Assembly: GCA_043228905.1 (NCBI GenBank)
Contig: JBHGNT010000252.1
Span: 1 to 44,922 of the forward strand
Source of the DNA: Azolla caroliniana
Taxonomy: Eukaryota > Plantae > Polypodiophyta
Reading direction: 5' to 3'
DNA: 44,922 bases
Made by a program: the position numbers and the translations under genes. The notes under the pieces were generated by a model. The model was not told the DNA's origin and did not search any database. It saw nothing but the letters and a program-made list of their open reading frames with translations. Position 1 is the stretch's first letter. Every line of letters starts with the position of its first letter. Shown piece after piece: positions 12,186 through 24,818 of the stretch.

Positions 12186-13099
12186 TAAGTAAATTAATTA
12201 TGCTAATGCATAGGTGCAATGTTTGAACAAAACGTGATTCACATATGGGAAGGGATATTAGGGAAATGCATGGAGTGGTAATGATAAAAGAGCAACAAAG
12301 AAAGATGCCCACAAGGTATTGAATATGTATAATCGTTTCCTCACAACATAAACATTGTCGTGTGGATCCATCGTGATCATATTATGCATCCAATCACTCA
12401 CAATTCATTTTAAGATGGCCAAAAAATCGAACATAATCTTTTGTGAAGGAATTGTAGGTCTACGAATAGGTGCACATACAACATATACGAAGCAAACTAG
12501 TAAGGTTAGATTCGAAAAGAAAAATATAAAATGTGTGGTTATCTACTAAGAAATCTCACATTTCAAAAGATCCATACACACGGTTAGCTAGAGAAAAGGT
12601 GAGACTTTCTCCCTACATCTAGCTCCTAGATAATTTTGACTAGAGAGTACAGAAGATACTTATATGCCTAACAATGTTTGAGAGTGACAATTGACCCTAG
12701 AGTACCTTTTCAATTGATTCCATATAGACGGAGAGAGAACAATATCACATAATCTCCTATTGATATATAATGATGGTAGAGGGCACCTTTAAAACTTGGA
12801 AAAAGGTTAAAGGTAGAATATTTTCCTACACACGGTTAAACTTTGACTCGGGTTATACTTTTATCGGATCTTGATGGATACCGTATATTCAGTCACTTGA
12901 AGATCGAATTGCACATTACGTTTTGTGATGTAATAACAATAGTTAGAAATAGGTCAAAGTTTTAGTTTTGTTCTCTTATGCTAATCAAAGTTAAGCACGA
13001 TCCACGTGTTTTAAAAACCACAATGGCTATCTTTAAAGTCAACCTAAGCCAGAGTCTCCTGAGAGTAGGGTGCATGTGATGAAAGAAGTATGGAAACAT

Positions 13100-14400
13100 T
13101 GTGGTTGGTTGTATAAGGCTTGATATATGCATCAATAATGTGGGGGACCCAATGATAAATGATAAGTTATAACTATCATTCCCAATAGTGCAAAAGCGAT
13201 TTCCAACCTACATTCTAAGTTAAGACAACGTTTTAAAGGTTACATTGCTCACATGAGGCCACAACCATGATCCATTTCTTATGGTACTAAGTTTATAGTA
13301 GTTTGATGAGAGTGCATCCATAGCGTGTCTCATTTAGCTAATAATGGAGTATTACAAGCATTATTGTCGGTCCTTACATTTAGCCTATCAAACGTGGTGG
13401 TGTTTATAACACAATTTGTCATCTTTATATATTAGGACATTGAATTTGTTCAAGACATTCTCATGTCATAAGCTTGAGTCAAATACAGAAGACCCCAAGG
13501 ACAACCTACCTCATCTTTTGGTCATGTCTCGAGTGCTAACATATTGTGAATCAATAAGTATTTGTTGGCAATGTTAGGCCTTTAGAATGACTATCCACAC
13601 ATATGAATACTTGATAAAAATGATATTGGACTGCAAACAAGGCAATAATATAGTTTGAGGTGCAACTTTTCTCAACCACAATTGGAATGAATGCATGTCA
13701 AGCACGTTGAACATCACGATTATAACAACATTACCACTCTCTTAGACATTCTTAGACGTGGATAATTAAGTGATCTATGGTTGTGAAACAAAACATGAAT
13801 GTAAATAATTGTTCAAACCCTCAATTCTTGGTAGAAAAGCAATGTGTCAACCTACTTTTAAATGCAAGAACACTACATCATGATAAATAAAGTAAGAGCT
13901 TTGTGCAACCTACTTTGGTCAATAAATGTTACCCTTCCAAACCATATACTACAATATTTTGTTGTACAAATCTCAATTAAACACCTTGATTGTGAAGAGG
14001 ATTGCCATCTCTTTTGTTTTGAAGGACCATTCCTTATTCTCATTGCCTACATAGTGGTTGTGTTGAACTACGGTTTATCTCTCACTACTCGCATTTGCAA
14101 CTCGGTGAGTTTATGTTGCTTTTGGCACCACAAGTCATTAATCAAACAAAATGCATGTAGTTGCTTCCTTGGTCACACTTGGAAAAAGTGTGTCCTTATC
14201 TACAACGATAAACACTTCAAGGACAATATACATTACCCAATAATCAAAGACATACATATGATCTAGATTCTAGATGATCAATATTGCAAACTCATGCATT
14301 TGTTATCAATTTGGTTATTGGGACTCAACCTATGGGGTCACTTCAGTGACGGGATCACCAAGATCCCAAATTGTTTGGTGTGTTAATGATTCCAACATTT
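13100..14400 (-). mobile_element. Probable decayed DNA-transposon coding remnant (possibly Mutator-like)
   Basis: Minus-strand fragments KDTLFPSV...LHAFCL, YMVWKG, HAFIPIVV..LHL and FICVDS loosely follow MuDR/MULE transposase motif order. Heavily disrupted; weak visual match. Confidence 0.25.
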
Positions 14401-14814
14401 TTCTCAAATTTTTCGTACACTTAACTTTTTTTAATCATTCTTCTCAACATTTTTTTGTTGCATAGGAACTTCGTCTAAAAACAAATATATAACATTAAAA
14501 TAACTTGAGGTCGCATCATGCATTTGGGGGTCACTTTGTGGCGACAATTGGAAATTTCAAATGCCAAGCTACATGTCATATGAACCCTGTACCCAAACCA
14601 TTAATTGGGAAACATCTTAGAGGATACGAGAGCATCATTTGGCCTTTTTTTCTACACACAATATCTAGGCGCACCATAAGCAATAGTGACACAAACCATT
14701 AACTGGGAGAGGGAGGTGGGGGTGATATGGAACGATCAAATCAAAGAATAAGACAATACAGGTACATCACAGAACTGGAACACAAAGGCGCATGGATCGA
14801 GTCCGGACACTGGC

Positions 14815-14981
14815 TACTCTCTATATCTCTCTCTCTCTTTCTTTCTTTCTCTCTCTCTCACACACACACACACACCCACACACAAAGAGACACAGACTCA
14901 GGAAGTGTGTAAACTAAAAGCTTTCAATGAGTTGGAAGTGTAAGTGTTTGGGAAAGAAATTGTCGAGGTCCCAAGATCTTC

Positions 14982-15013
<32 letters not shown>

Positions 15014-15116
15014 CATCTTTGTATTTGTGTTCCTCTTGTAGGAAATAGTCACGGCAGAGAAAAAGAAAACACCACGCCCCCTCACGGTGTTTCCTGATTC
15101 TCTCTCTCTCTCTCTC
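14815..15116 (+). promoter_or_regulatory. NRAMP 5' leader: (CT)n(CA)n, putative 5'UTR intron 14940-15041 containing (TTC)n, and (CT)n before the ATG
   Basis: GTAAGT at 14940 and a pyrimidine tract ending TTGTAG at 15041. CT-rich patches are typical of plant 5'UTRs. Confidence 0.55.
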
Positions 15117-15117
15117 C

Positions 15118-18100
15118 ATGGAACCCGAGAAGGAAGGACCGCCCAATAGATCACGCTATGAACCTGTTGTCAATCAAGAAGACTCTTCTGGTCTTCACAA
15201 AGGTGATCCTGTCAAAGACTTGCAAGTAGAGATTCCTCTGGTAATAATAATAATAATAATAACAATACAATCATAATAATAATCTCTCCCTCTCTGCGTG
15301 TTTCTTTTTCTCATCCTTTCTACTCTAAATGTTCTGTTTTTATGAGGTCTTAGCAGACAGCTCAGGCCTCAGATGATCATGGTATTGGCCAACGTTTTTC
15401 AAAAGCATTAGGGGTACGGTTAGGGTTATCAGGAATATAACAGACATCTCAGAACTTAGAAGATCATGATAATGCAAACATCTTAGTAATCATTAAGCTT
15501 AGGATTATTGAGAAATAAGTGTGGGATATCTCTTTTTGTTCTACTCATCCAATCTGAAGTTTTTAAAGTTTTTTCAGACATTTCAGGTGTCAGATCATGT
15601 CAATAAAGAGATATAGGGAGAACAAAGGATATGGTTACCAAGAAATCGATGTGGATAGTTTTCTAAGAAATAGAAAAATCAGTTTCTCATTTTTCCTGTT
15701 CTTCAAATTTGCAGAATTTGGCAGGGTCATGCTAATGCAAAATTTTGGAAAAGGAAATAGGGTTACAGAAACTTGGAATTGGGTTTAAGAATCAGTTTAG
15801 ATCACCTCAATTTTCCATCATAATGAGAGGAAAAACGAACATGATGATTCTGTGTGCAGTACAACAAAAGAAAGTGATAACTAATCAATTTAATTCCATC
15901 CATTTTCATCTTCAATTTATAGATGTCAACGACATCTTGTGATGCCAAAGGCATGTAATCATTTGACTGCTGAGGTTTCACAAGCTTCTTAAGTTCCACT
16001 GATTATGATGCGACCCTCATTGTGGGTATGCTGATGTGACATCATCAAGTTAATCTCTGGATACTGATGTGTCATTTGTCTGACACACAATGGAAGTGAA
16101 TAGTCTCTGTCCTCCATCCTGTGCCATTGTTGTACCATCATGTGCGGTGTGAGAATCACGATCCAAATTAAGCAATTGACATCACGCTAATCTCCGGGTG
16201 CGGATGTGTTCTCTGTCCAACGCACAATGGAACTGAATAGCCTCTGTCTTCTATCCTGTGCCGTCATTATACCATCATGGCTTGGGAAGATCTCAAATCT
16301 CTTCAGATGTTTCCATTTAGTACTTCCTTAGAAGTATAAGACCTTGGAATTTAGCAATAGTTAAGTTGTTCACGAGCATTGTTCGTCCACAATCGCCCCC
16401 ACCCCCACCTCACTCCTACTCCCACTCCGACTTCCACTCCCACTTCCACTCCTGGTGTCTCATCTTTTGCCTAGCCTTGTAGATCCTTCACGTACCTGTA
16501 CTTAACATGGTATTTCTGACATTTGAATTTTTTTGAGGATTATAGTATTAACATTGTTGAGTGAATATTGGATTTTGGCATTTATAGTGAGGTACTACTC
16601 TGCTGTGGCGATCTTTGACAAAGTTTTGGTAATAGGCTTTCAAGCAAGTAGGAACCTATATGTCAAGAAGATTAGTACCTTGTTTAGTGGTAGGCATCTC
16701 ACCTTAAGTCTCATGTTAAAGGCATTTAGCACATGCCTTGGTTGGAGATTGTGTACACTAAGAAGCTCAAGGAACCCATCATCACATTGTTGCACTCTAG
16801 GAACCTCTCTTGATAGAGAGGTGATAAAGAGAAAAAAGGGAAACAAGTTTAACACTTATTATTAAGGCCAGATTGGTCTATAGGACAAATCAGATGTGCA
16901 AAGGTGTGCTATTGGAAATAGTACAGAATGATATAAATTTCACGTGAGATGCTTATATGATTCTGTAGTACAAGGAAAATGAGGTGTCACACCTTCCAAA
17001 CTAAGCTAGCTCTTTATAAATCCAACCTTAGGTTATGTTTCTGGATATGGCCATCTAGAATTAACCTATATTAATGGACCTATCTCTAGTATTTATCGAC
17101 GTCATAATCTTGTGCTTGAAGCAGGTGATACACAATAACTTGTTCCTCTACCATATGTTACTTAATGTGGGGTATCTGATAGGTTTCCCTTGATTGTCAA
17201 AGTAACATCACTCCTTACCTGCTACAATGTAACTGCACCCACTAAAAGAGATCGTAACACTAGTGTTTTAAGCGTAAGAGACAAACTATGCAGTACTCAC
17301 AAGTTTGTGCTGTTTCCCAAAATGCTCTTGGTCATCCTTGAGAAAGAAAGAAAAATGGTAATATTGTAGTAATCGAGAAATAAGGATGAATTTACCATGT
17401 AATTTTCTCAAGAAGCACAAAACATTTCTCTTTGGGGGATATAGCCATGCTGAGTTTCTTCAGTCAGAATGTATATACTGTGATTTTTACTTCAGTCAGA
17501 ATTAGGACGGATGGCAATTTTGAAGGAATTTCGGTATGCATAATATACGACCCTGTTTTCTACATATAAACAATGATTGCAAGGTTGAAGGCTTAGGCCA
17601 TGAAATTTCTTGAAGCTGAAGGTCATGAAATTTCTATATAGAGCAGATGAAATAAGGAGTGAAAGAGGAGGGATATAGCTCAGCTGGTAAGGTTGTCTGG
17701 TGGAGGCCAGGCTATGCATTTAAATCCTACATTCAACAGGTTCACCCAGTAAAATAGTGAGAAGAGTGAAATTTGAGCCACCGTCAGGTGCATGGGCTAG
17801 TAAACATACTTTGCTTAAAGTTTATTAAACATCTTCCTTTTTGACTGATTGGAGCAGCAAAATCGGAGATTTTCAGGACTGTTGACTATGCAGGTGTATA
17901 CCCTCCTTTGCAGTAGACCTGTACTTGTTCTTGGGATGTAAAGTTCATTACACTTGTCACTGCATGAAGGTATTGTAGGCGTGTTTCCACCCTGATATTG
18001 CCTATGGGACCTCCTGCATGGTAAAACATTTTGAAGGATGATTCACAATGGATTTTGCCATTATTTTTCTGCCCAAAATTTCTGATTTTATAAATACACA

Positions 18101-21100
18101 AGGATAATACCTTCTATGGACATTGGACATTGGACATGGACTGGGTGATTAGATCCCTAGGGGAAGCAAGAATATTTGAACCCCATGTGAATCCTGGGAA
18201 ACTTCATGAATGGCACCTTTGGAGTTGGAAACCACTATGCCTCTGGTTTGGGATCTAGGTGAGTTGAGATGGTCCTAAAATTCATGACTGCATGCCAGTC
18301 CTTTCTTTTGGGTATCCTTTGTGGGTTGGGACACGTATTTATTGGTCAAGGCTCAAGAGCATGCGATTAAAACCTTGGTTTCGTGGAGACTTCATCATGC
18401 AATTCCTAGTCATTTTGTATTTTGCCCTTTTGAAGACACTCAGGTATAGTTCTTCTCGTCTCTGTCTCTTTCTCTCTCTCAGCTTTCTGCTCATGTTTTT
18501 TACATGTAAAACATGTTGACGATTAAATAATTGTAGTTTTACCCTTGTTTGGAGTTTTCCAAACTTTGATGTCAATGCATAAGTAAGATGCAAATAGGGT
18601 TGTCCAAATTTTGATTTCAATGGCTTTGACAAGCCGTAGACAAGTGTTTAGAGTATTTTTTGTTTGATACCCAGAAAGCAAGTCCAAGAGGCATAAATAA
18701 GTGTTTAGAGTATTTTCTGTTTAATACCCAGAAAACAAGTCCAAGAGGCGTAATATGTCTTTAACTATAGGATCACATAAATTCTTTCTATTGGGAAGCA
18801 TTTGTTAGAACTAAATGTTCCCCATTTCTAGACTTGGAAATCGTTTAAGCAAAACTACGGGATAATAAAACTATGTGCGAGTCTAAGAAACTTTTGAATA
18901 TACAACATTTTCTGTCTTTAATATTTGCAGAACCGAGGTTTGAGGAAACTTTTTGCATATGCTGGACCAGGGTTTCTTGTTTCTATTGCATACATGGACC
19001 CTGGAAATTGTAAGTCAAAGAATAAATGAAAGTTTTCATCCACTCACTTCGATTTGCTTCTGGGAACACAATAAAACAAAAGTTTTGATATTGTCTCATC
19101 TTCATGAAATTTTAGTTGAAAGTGACCTTCAAGCTGGTGCAAAATATAAGTTTGAGGTATGCAAACTTTACCTGATTTAAGATTTAGAAAAACACCTATA
19201 GCACTAGTAAAACTATAAAATTTTAATCAGAATCCAGATTAATGTAAATTGTTGCATTGTTCATTTTTGGAAGGATATTTAATCATTTTCTGTGTCTTTT
19301 CCTGCCTGAAAGTCTACTGGACTCTGTTAACAACCTGACTTTATTTTCTGGACTAAGAAATTACCCCTCTTCCTAAAGAGAAGATCAATAAATCAAGAAA
19401 ATAATTTTGCATTTATCACTACCTCACATGTATGTATGGAACTTTAAAGGAGCTAGGCTGCAAAGGCAATGAAATTCATCGAAATCACGGTTTTCTTTCC
19501 CTCCAATTCATCTTGCCCGCTCAGTCAAAGTCATCATCTTGTCCCACATTTCCCACACCTACAGCTAAGGTATTTTAAAGTTGCACATGGAATTTGAACG
19601 TAGGAATACAAGCAGTTCAAATTTCCACTCTGATGAGAGTTACTTTTTCAATTTTGACAAAAACATGCGCATGCACTTAACCTCTGAAACATCTCATTAG
19701 AGATGATAATATAACAAATTCGATCCTTGCTGTCAGGTCACAATACTGGTCATGAATATTGCATCACCATCTTAATGTTGCCATAATGTAGATGCTAGTA
19801 ATCCATTATAAAAGAACGAGAGGGAGGCAGAGTTGGTGAAACTTTGCATAGATATAGTGAATTTGTGACCTTGATCTAGGCTATACACATCATGAGTGGC
19901 ATCAAAAATATGCGCGAGATGCATGACTGCAGCAAAGTGTATAAGTATGAACAAAAGAGATAGTATACTGTTATAGAACCGAACAGTTATGTTCAGACAG
20001 GTAATTGAATGCTATTCACAACATCACTGATGTGAATATAGGAGATGTGTTCCATTTTGATTGATTTAATTCAATTGGTGTTGCAGCTTCTTTGGGTACT
20101 TCTGATAGCAACCATAGCAGGAGCAGTTGTGCAATCTCTGGCTTCTAACTTGGGAGTTGTTACAGGTCAATTTTTTCATGTGGTTCTGATCTGGTTTTTC
20201 TGGATAGTTGTCAATGCATTGATTCTTGTGATTCATCTAGACTTCTCAAGGATGCTGATAGTTTTTGATATGAAAGATCATGTTTGGTTTCAGGAAAGCA
20301 TTTAGCAGAACATTGCAGGGCAGAGTACCCACCATCGACAAACTTTATTCTATGGGTTTTAGCAGAATTAGCTATTGTTGCAAGTGACATTCCTGAAGGT
20401 CAGTCTTCTATTGTTTGCTTTCTTCTTGATTTTGTCATGATTATGCAGCTTACAATTGCGTTATTTTTCAGTAATTGGGACAGCGTATGCCCTTAATATG
20501 CTATTCCATATTGAATTGTGGATCGGAGTCATCTTGACAGGCTTTAGCACTCTAATATTTCTTGGCTTACAGCAATATGGGGTGATTCCTATGCTCAAAT
20601 CTTGGTGGTAATTTTATAACAAAGTTTATTCAGTATTTTACCAACTTTTGTTTTCTATATAATGGTGTTGGTTGTAGGTGAGAAAGTTGGAAGTATTCAT
20701 ATTCTTTTTGGTTTTGACTATCGCATGCTGCTTCTTCTTGGAGTTGCACTATGCAGAACCCTCTTATACAGAGATTATGTATGGACTCATTGTTCCACAG
20801 TTGAAAGGAGATGGGTCTTTTGCAATCGCCATTTCTCTTTTGGGTGCAATGGTCATGCCGTAAGTCTTGCTTTCCATGCGTTATTTTTTATGTATAGGAA
20901 CGTAATGCGGATTTTTAACCATTTAAGAGGTTTTTGCTTATCATACAACCATCTGCTCTATCCATGCATAGCATGAGTTGTATCATTCTCCAAAGATGTT
21001 CTATTTACTGTATGGAGTGCTGACCTTCTACCTGTATCAATACTCTTATAGAAGCTCCACTCTGACTGTTAGACTGGTCATATGGCTTTTTAGCTTCTCA

Positions 21101-23162
21101 AGTCATAAACAATGCATAGATATTGTTCTGTTAAATGATATGGTATGCCCTGTAAATTACTGCCCTGAACTCGAATGTTTTGGCATTGTTCCTTCTTGAT
21201 TCTAGAGATTAACCTTGGGTTGTTGCCAGAGCTCCAACATCTTGCAACCTCCTAATTTTTATGTGTCCCTATTGTAACCATCTGTTGCAAATCATTCATC
21301 TTGTGTCATGATCAATGATTTAATGTGAACATACACTAGCATGTCTAGCATTTTTTTTCTGTGTGACTTTTGTCCTTTAACTGAAATTATTGCAAAGATG
21401 ATAGATTCAATGAATTTCATTTTGGTTGTCTCTATGCATTTTTGCCAGTTTTTAAATTTTTCTCTTTCAATCATGTTGGGATATTTAATTAACAGAAAAG
21501 TTCCATTTTAAATCACTGAACATTTGGTAGTCCCTATGCAAGTTTTACCATTACTTTAATCATTCTCTTTCAAACATGTTGGAATATTTAATTATTTGAA
21601 ATAGTCTTGTTTTAAATCACTGCACCGCTTTCGGCATTTTGCTACAGTCACAACCTTTATCTTCATTCCGCTTTGGTTTTAACAAGGAAGACTCCTCGAA
21701 CTGTCCAAGGAATCAAGGTATTTTGCATTCAAAGAGCGTATCTGTGAAAAACATTCTCCAGTCCCAGATTCTTATTTTAATTCAGTTCCTTTTTTGTGCA
21801 GGATGGGTGTAGATACAACCTTGTAGAATGTTGTTTTGCTTTGCTGGTGTCATTTATCATAAATATTGCCGTGGTTTCTGTTAGTGGAGCTGTCTGCAGC
21901 AGTCCAAACATATCTACTGAGGATGCAGAGAACTGTAAAGACCTCGATCTTAATCGTGCTGCCTTCCTTTTGAAAGTAGCGTTATAACTTGCCCATTGTT
22001 CTTGGACTAAATGTATGCAAAAGCTTCTCGAGGGCACACTGAATATGATCATGTCACTTCGATTTACAGAATTCTTTGGGTTCATGGAGTTCTACTGTGT
22101 TTGCGATTGCATTGCTGGCCTCTGGACAAAGCTCTACAATAACTGGAACTTACGCTGGCCAATATGTTATGCAGGTAGGTGTGTATTCTATGTTAATGCA
22201 GGACATACAAAGTAGAACGTTGAAAATCTCAGTTTATTTGGCCATAAGATTTCCTTTTTGTCTGAAATTGCAGGGATTTTTGCAACTGAAATATTCTCCA
22301 TGGATTAGAAACATGCTAACCAGATGTGTAGCAATTGTACCCAGCCTTATTGTGTCACTCATTGCTGGACCTAGTGGTGCTGGAAAATTGATCATTGTAT
22401 CTTCGGTAGGGGTTCTTAGATACCTTTAATTCGTTTGATAATGTAATGTTCTTCTAGATAGAAATTTGTCCCAATTTGTTCTCTCTTTTTCTGGAGGGAT
22501 TATTTGGTCACTTGCTAAAATATTGTTATGATTGATTGGAAATGCTATTCCTGCTGCGATTTTTCACAGATGATTCTGTCATTTGAATTGCCTTTTGCGC
22601 TTCTTCCTCTTTTGAAGTTCACAAGCAACAGTCTGAAGATGGGGTGCCATGCCAATTCGAGAAGGGTAATCTTGATTCCCTTGTTTTAAAAGTATATATC
22701 CATAAAAGTACTACTTTGGGCTTCATTAATATCTCAAGGCTTACGTATGAACTGTATACCAGAAAATCATGTATTTGTTATCTGAAGTATGAAGAAGATA
22801 AGCCATATACGTGCATTACTTGTGTTGGATAGGTTGCTGGCCTTGCTTGGAGCATTGGTAGCTGTATAATCCTCATTAACCTCTTCTACCTTTCAAGTCA
22901 ATGTGTTTATTGGATCCATACGAGCACAAGATTTAAACCAATTCAATGGGCCATTGGAATTTTGGGTTCTATTGGTTTATTGGCATATGCCAGCTTTATA
23001 GGCTACCTTGCATTGAGGAACGATAGAACAGAGACATACATTTTGCATGATATGCAAGAAATGATTGATCCTTTTGAGGATGAAAAGTCTCTTTCAGTTG
23101 AGATGAATGAACATCATAGGCCATTGACCATTGTTAATTCAAGCCAGTTAAGTGTAAAATAA
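15118..23162 (+). CDS. NRAMP: NRAMP divalent metal transporter (NRAMP1/6-like, intron-rich group), 13 exons, about 541 aa
   Basis: Exons: 15118-15240, 18931-19009, 19116-19156, 20087-20165, 20294-20398, 20472-20581, 20678-20859, 21648-21717, 21802-21975, 22070-22174, 22274-22405, 22570-22665, 22833-23162. Frame is continuous. Motifs: [68 protein letters not shown]. Exon 1 is the least certain. Confidence 0.95.
16087..16280. repeat. Diverged direct repeat (about 55 bp; 16087-16142 / 16225-16280) in NRAMP intron 1
   Basis: ACAATGGAA(G/C)TGAATAG(T/C)CTCTGTC(C/T)TC(C/T)ATCCTGTGCC...TACCATCATG occurs twice. Confidence 0.75.
18642..18753. repeat. Tandem duplication with about 57-bp period in NRAMP intron 1
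   Basis: AAGTGTTTAGAGTATTTT(T/C)TGTTT(G/A)ATACCCAGAAA(G/A)CAAGTCCAAGAGGC(A/G)TAA occurs twice. Confidence 0.85.
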
Positions 23163-24639
23163 ATAGGAGAAATCATTATCAATCAAAAAAATCTCTCTTT
23201 TTCTTTCTAAAAAGCACTATAGAGGTGGTGTGTTTTGCAAGAGGTTTTGCCCAAAAATCAAGAGGTGATTTTTAAGCACATACATCATATATTCTTATGA
23301 GTGTGGATCAAATCAGATGTGAACATACCATACGTAGGTAGATGAACACATAATTATTTTGTGTAAGATGGAAGTTCCTTCATTTAGAAGTTTTCCTGTA
23401 GGCGCAAACTTGTGTTCTTTGTCATGTTCTCGTTTTCATTATGGAAACTTGACATGAGTGAGAATGATCTATCACCAAAAATACTTTGTACCAAGTGTTT
23501 CTAATTCTCTGGTTCCCAGGAAGAGATTCTTAGATGTGCAGCACAAGTATCAGAGCAGCTAAATGTATCTGTCCATTGTATACACTGCAGCTAAAGTATT
23601 GAAATTGAGGCATTAGACATTATTTAACGATTGGTTTAGCAATATAGCATTTTTACTCAATTTTGAGGGTTACTAGATCGGTTGTAACAAAAATCTGATA
23701 TAAGAGGAAAACAATAAAACCTGATTGTATGTAACATACATATTAGTCAAAGCCTTTACATGTGGACACTGCACAAATCTACATTTTATGAGTAAACCAT
23801 CAGTGGATGGAGTCTGCCTCAATGTCATTGTTTCTCTATTTCTGTTCTATGGTTTTGCTTCAGTAGTCCAATTGGTCTAATTAATGCATCCTTGATATGG
23901 AATATCATGAAGATACACCCACCCACCCACTACATAGTGTTGCAATGAAATAGGGAATTAAATGCACAATAACGAAATGTGCAGCACGGATTTATTAAGT
24001 TTTATCCATTTGCAAATTATGCTGCATATGTGATACAGGAAGATTGAGATGTGGGCATTAGTGCATGATCTAGTCCATCACTGCTTTTGATCTCTCCCTA
24101 TGACATGAAGATTGATGCCAAGCATCTAGTGTAATGCTCTAGCATTATGATATTTAAATTTGCATGTCGTCATACATCTATTTTGTAGTGCTGTTTCAGA
24201 TTTTGATGGGATAGCATATGTTATTACTAGTGCAAACATTGTTGGGTCTCATAGAGATGTTAATACAATATTTCTATTGTTTCTTTCATATATATGATGG
24301 TAATATAACACTCACACATATATCACTTACAATAGAGCTGCATGGCTCATTGAAATGAAAGAACCATGTGAATATTCCAACAAGTCTTAGCAATGCACTT
24401 CAATGAAAAGTAAATACACCTGCAGCACAAACTTATGGGAAGGCCTTCAACAAGCAGTTGAGGAATAGGTTCAGCTATATTAACAAGTTAACGTTTAGGA
24501 GTTTTAGTTTTAACACATCAGGACAGTCTTCTAATGATATTGAAGTTGTCAACATTGTGTACTTCATTCTCATAGAGTCAATACTTTGTGAGCCTCAAAT
24601 GCCACAAGGATATTGTACGAGCATTATATAGAACATTGC

Positions 24640-24771
24640 CTAATCAAAAGCTTTCCTCCCAAGCTTCATATTCCCTCGTTCCTTATAATCACCTAGTAGT
24701 ACAAGCCACATTGCCAAATAGTCCAACAATGGGATTGCTTGTCTCACCAACATGGCCTTATCGAACCTACC
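24640..24771 (-). pseudogene. Decayed duplicate of the PPR S2/E1 region
   Basis: Translates GRFDKAMLVRQAIPLLDYLAMWLVLLGDYKERGNMKLG (frameshift) KAFD*, against GRFDKALSVIHAMPSLDYLVVWLALLGSCRKWGNVKVGRLAFDQ in the intact gene about 300 bp away. Confidence 0.8.
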
Positions 24772-24818
24772 ACCTTCTCATGCTATTGAAGTTTTTTTTA
24801 ATGTAGTTGTCGTATGAA

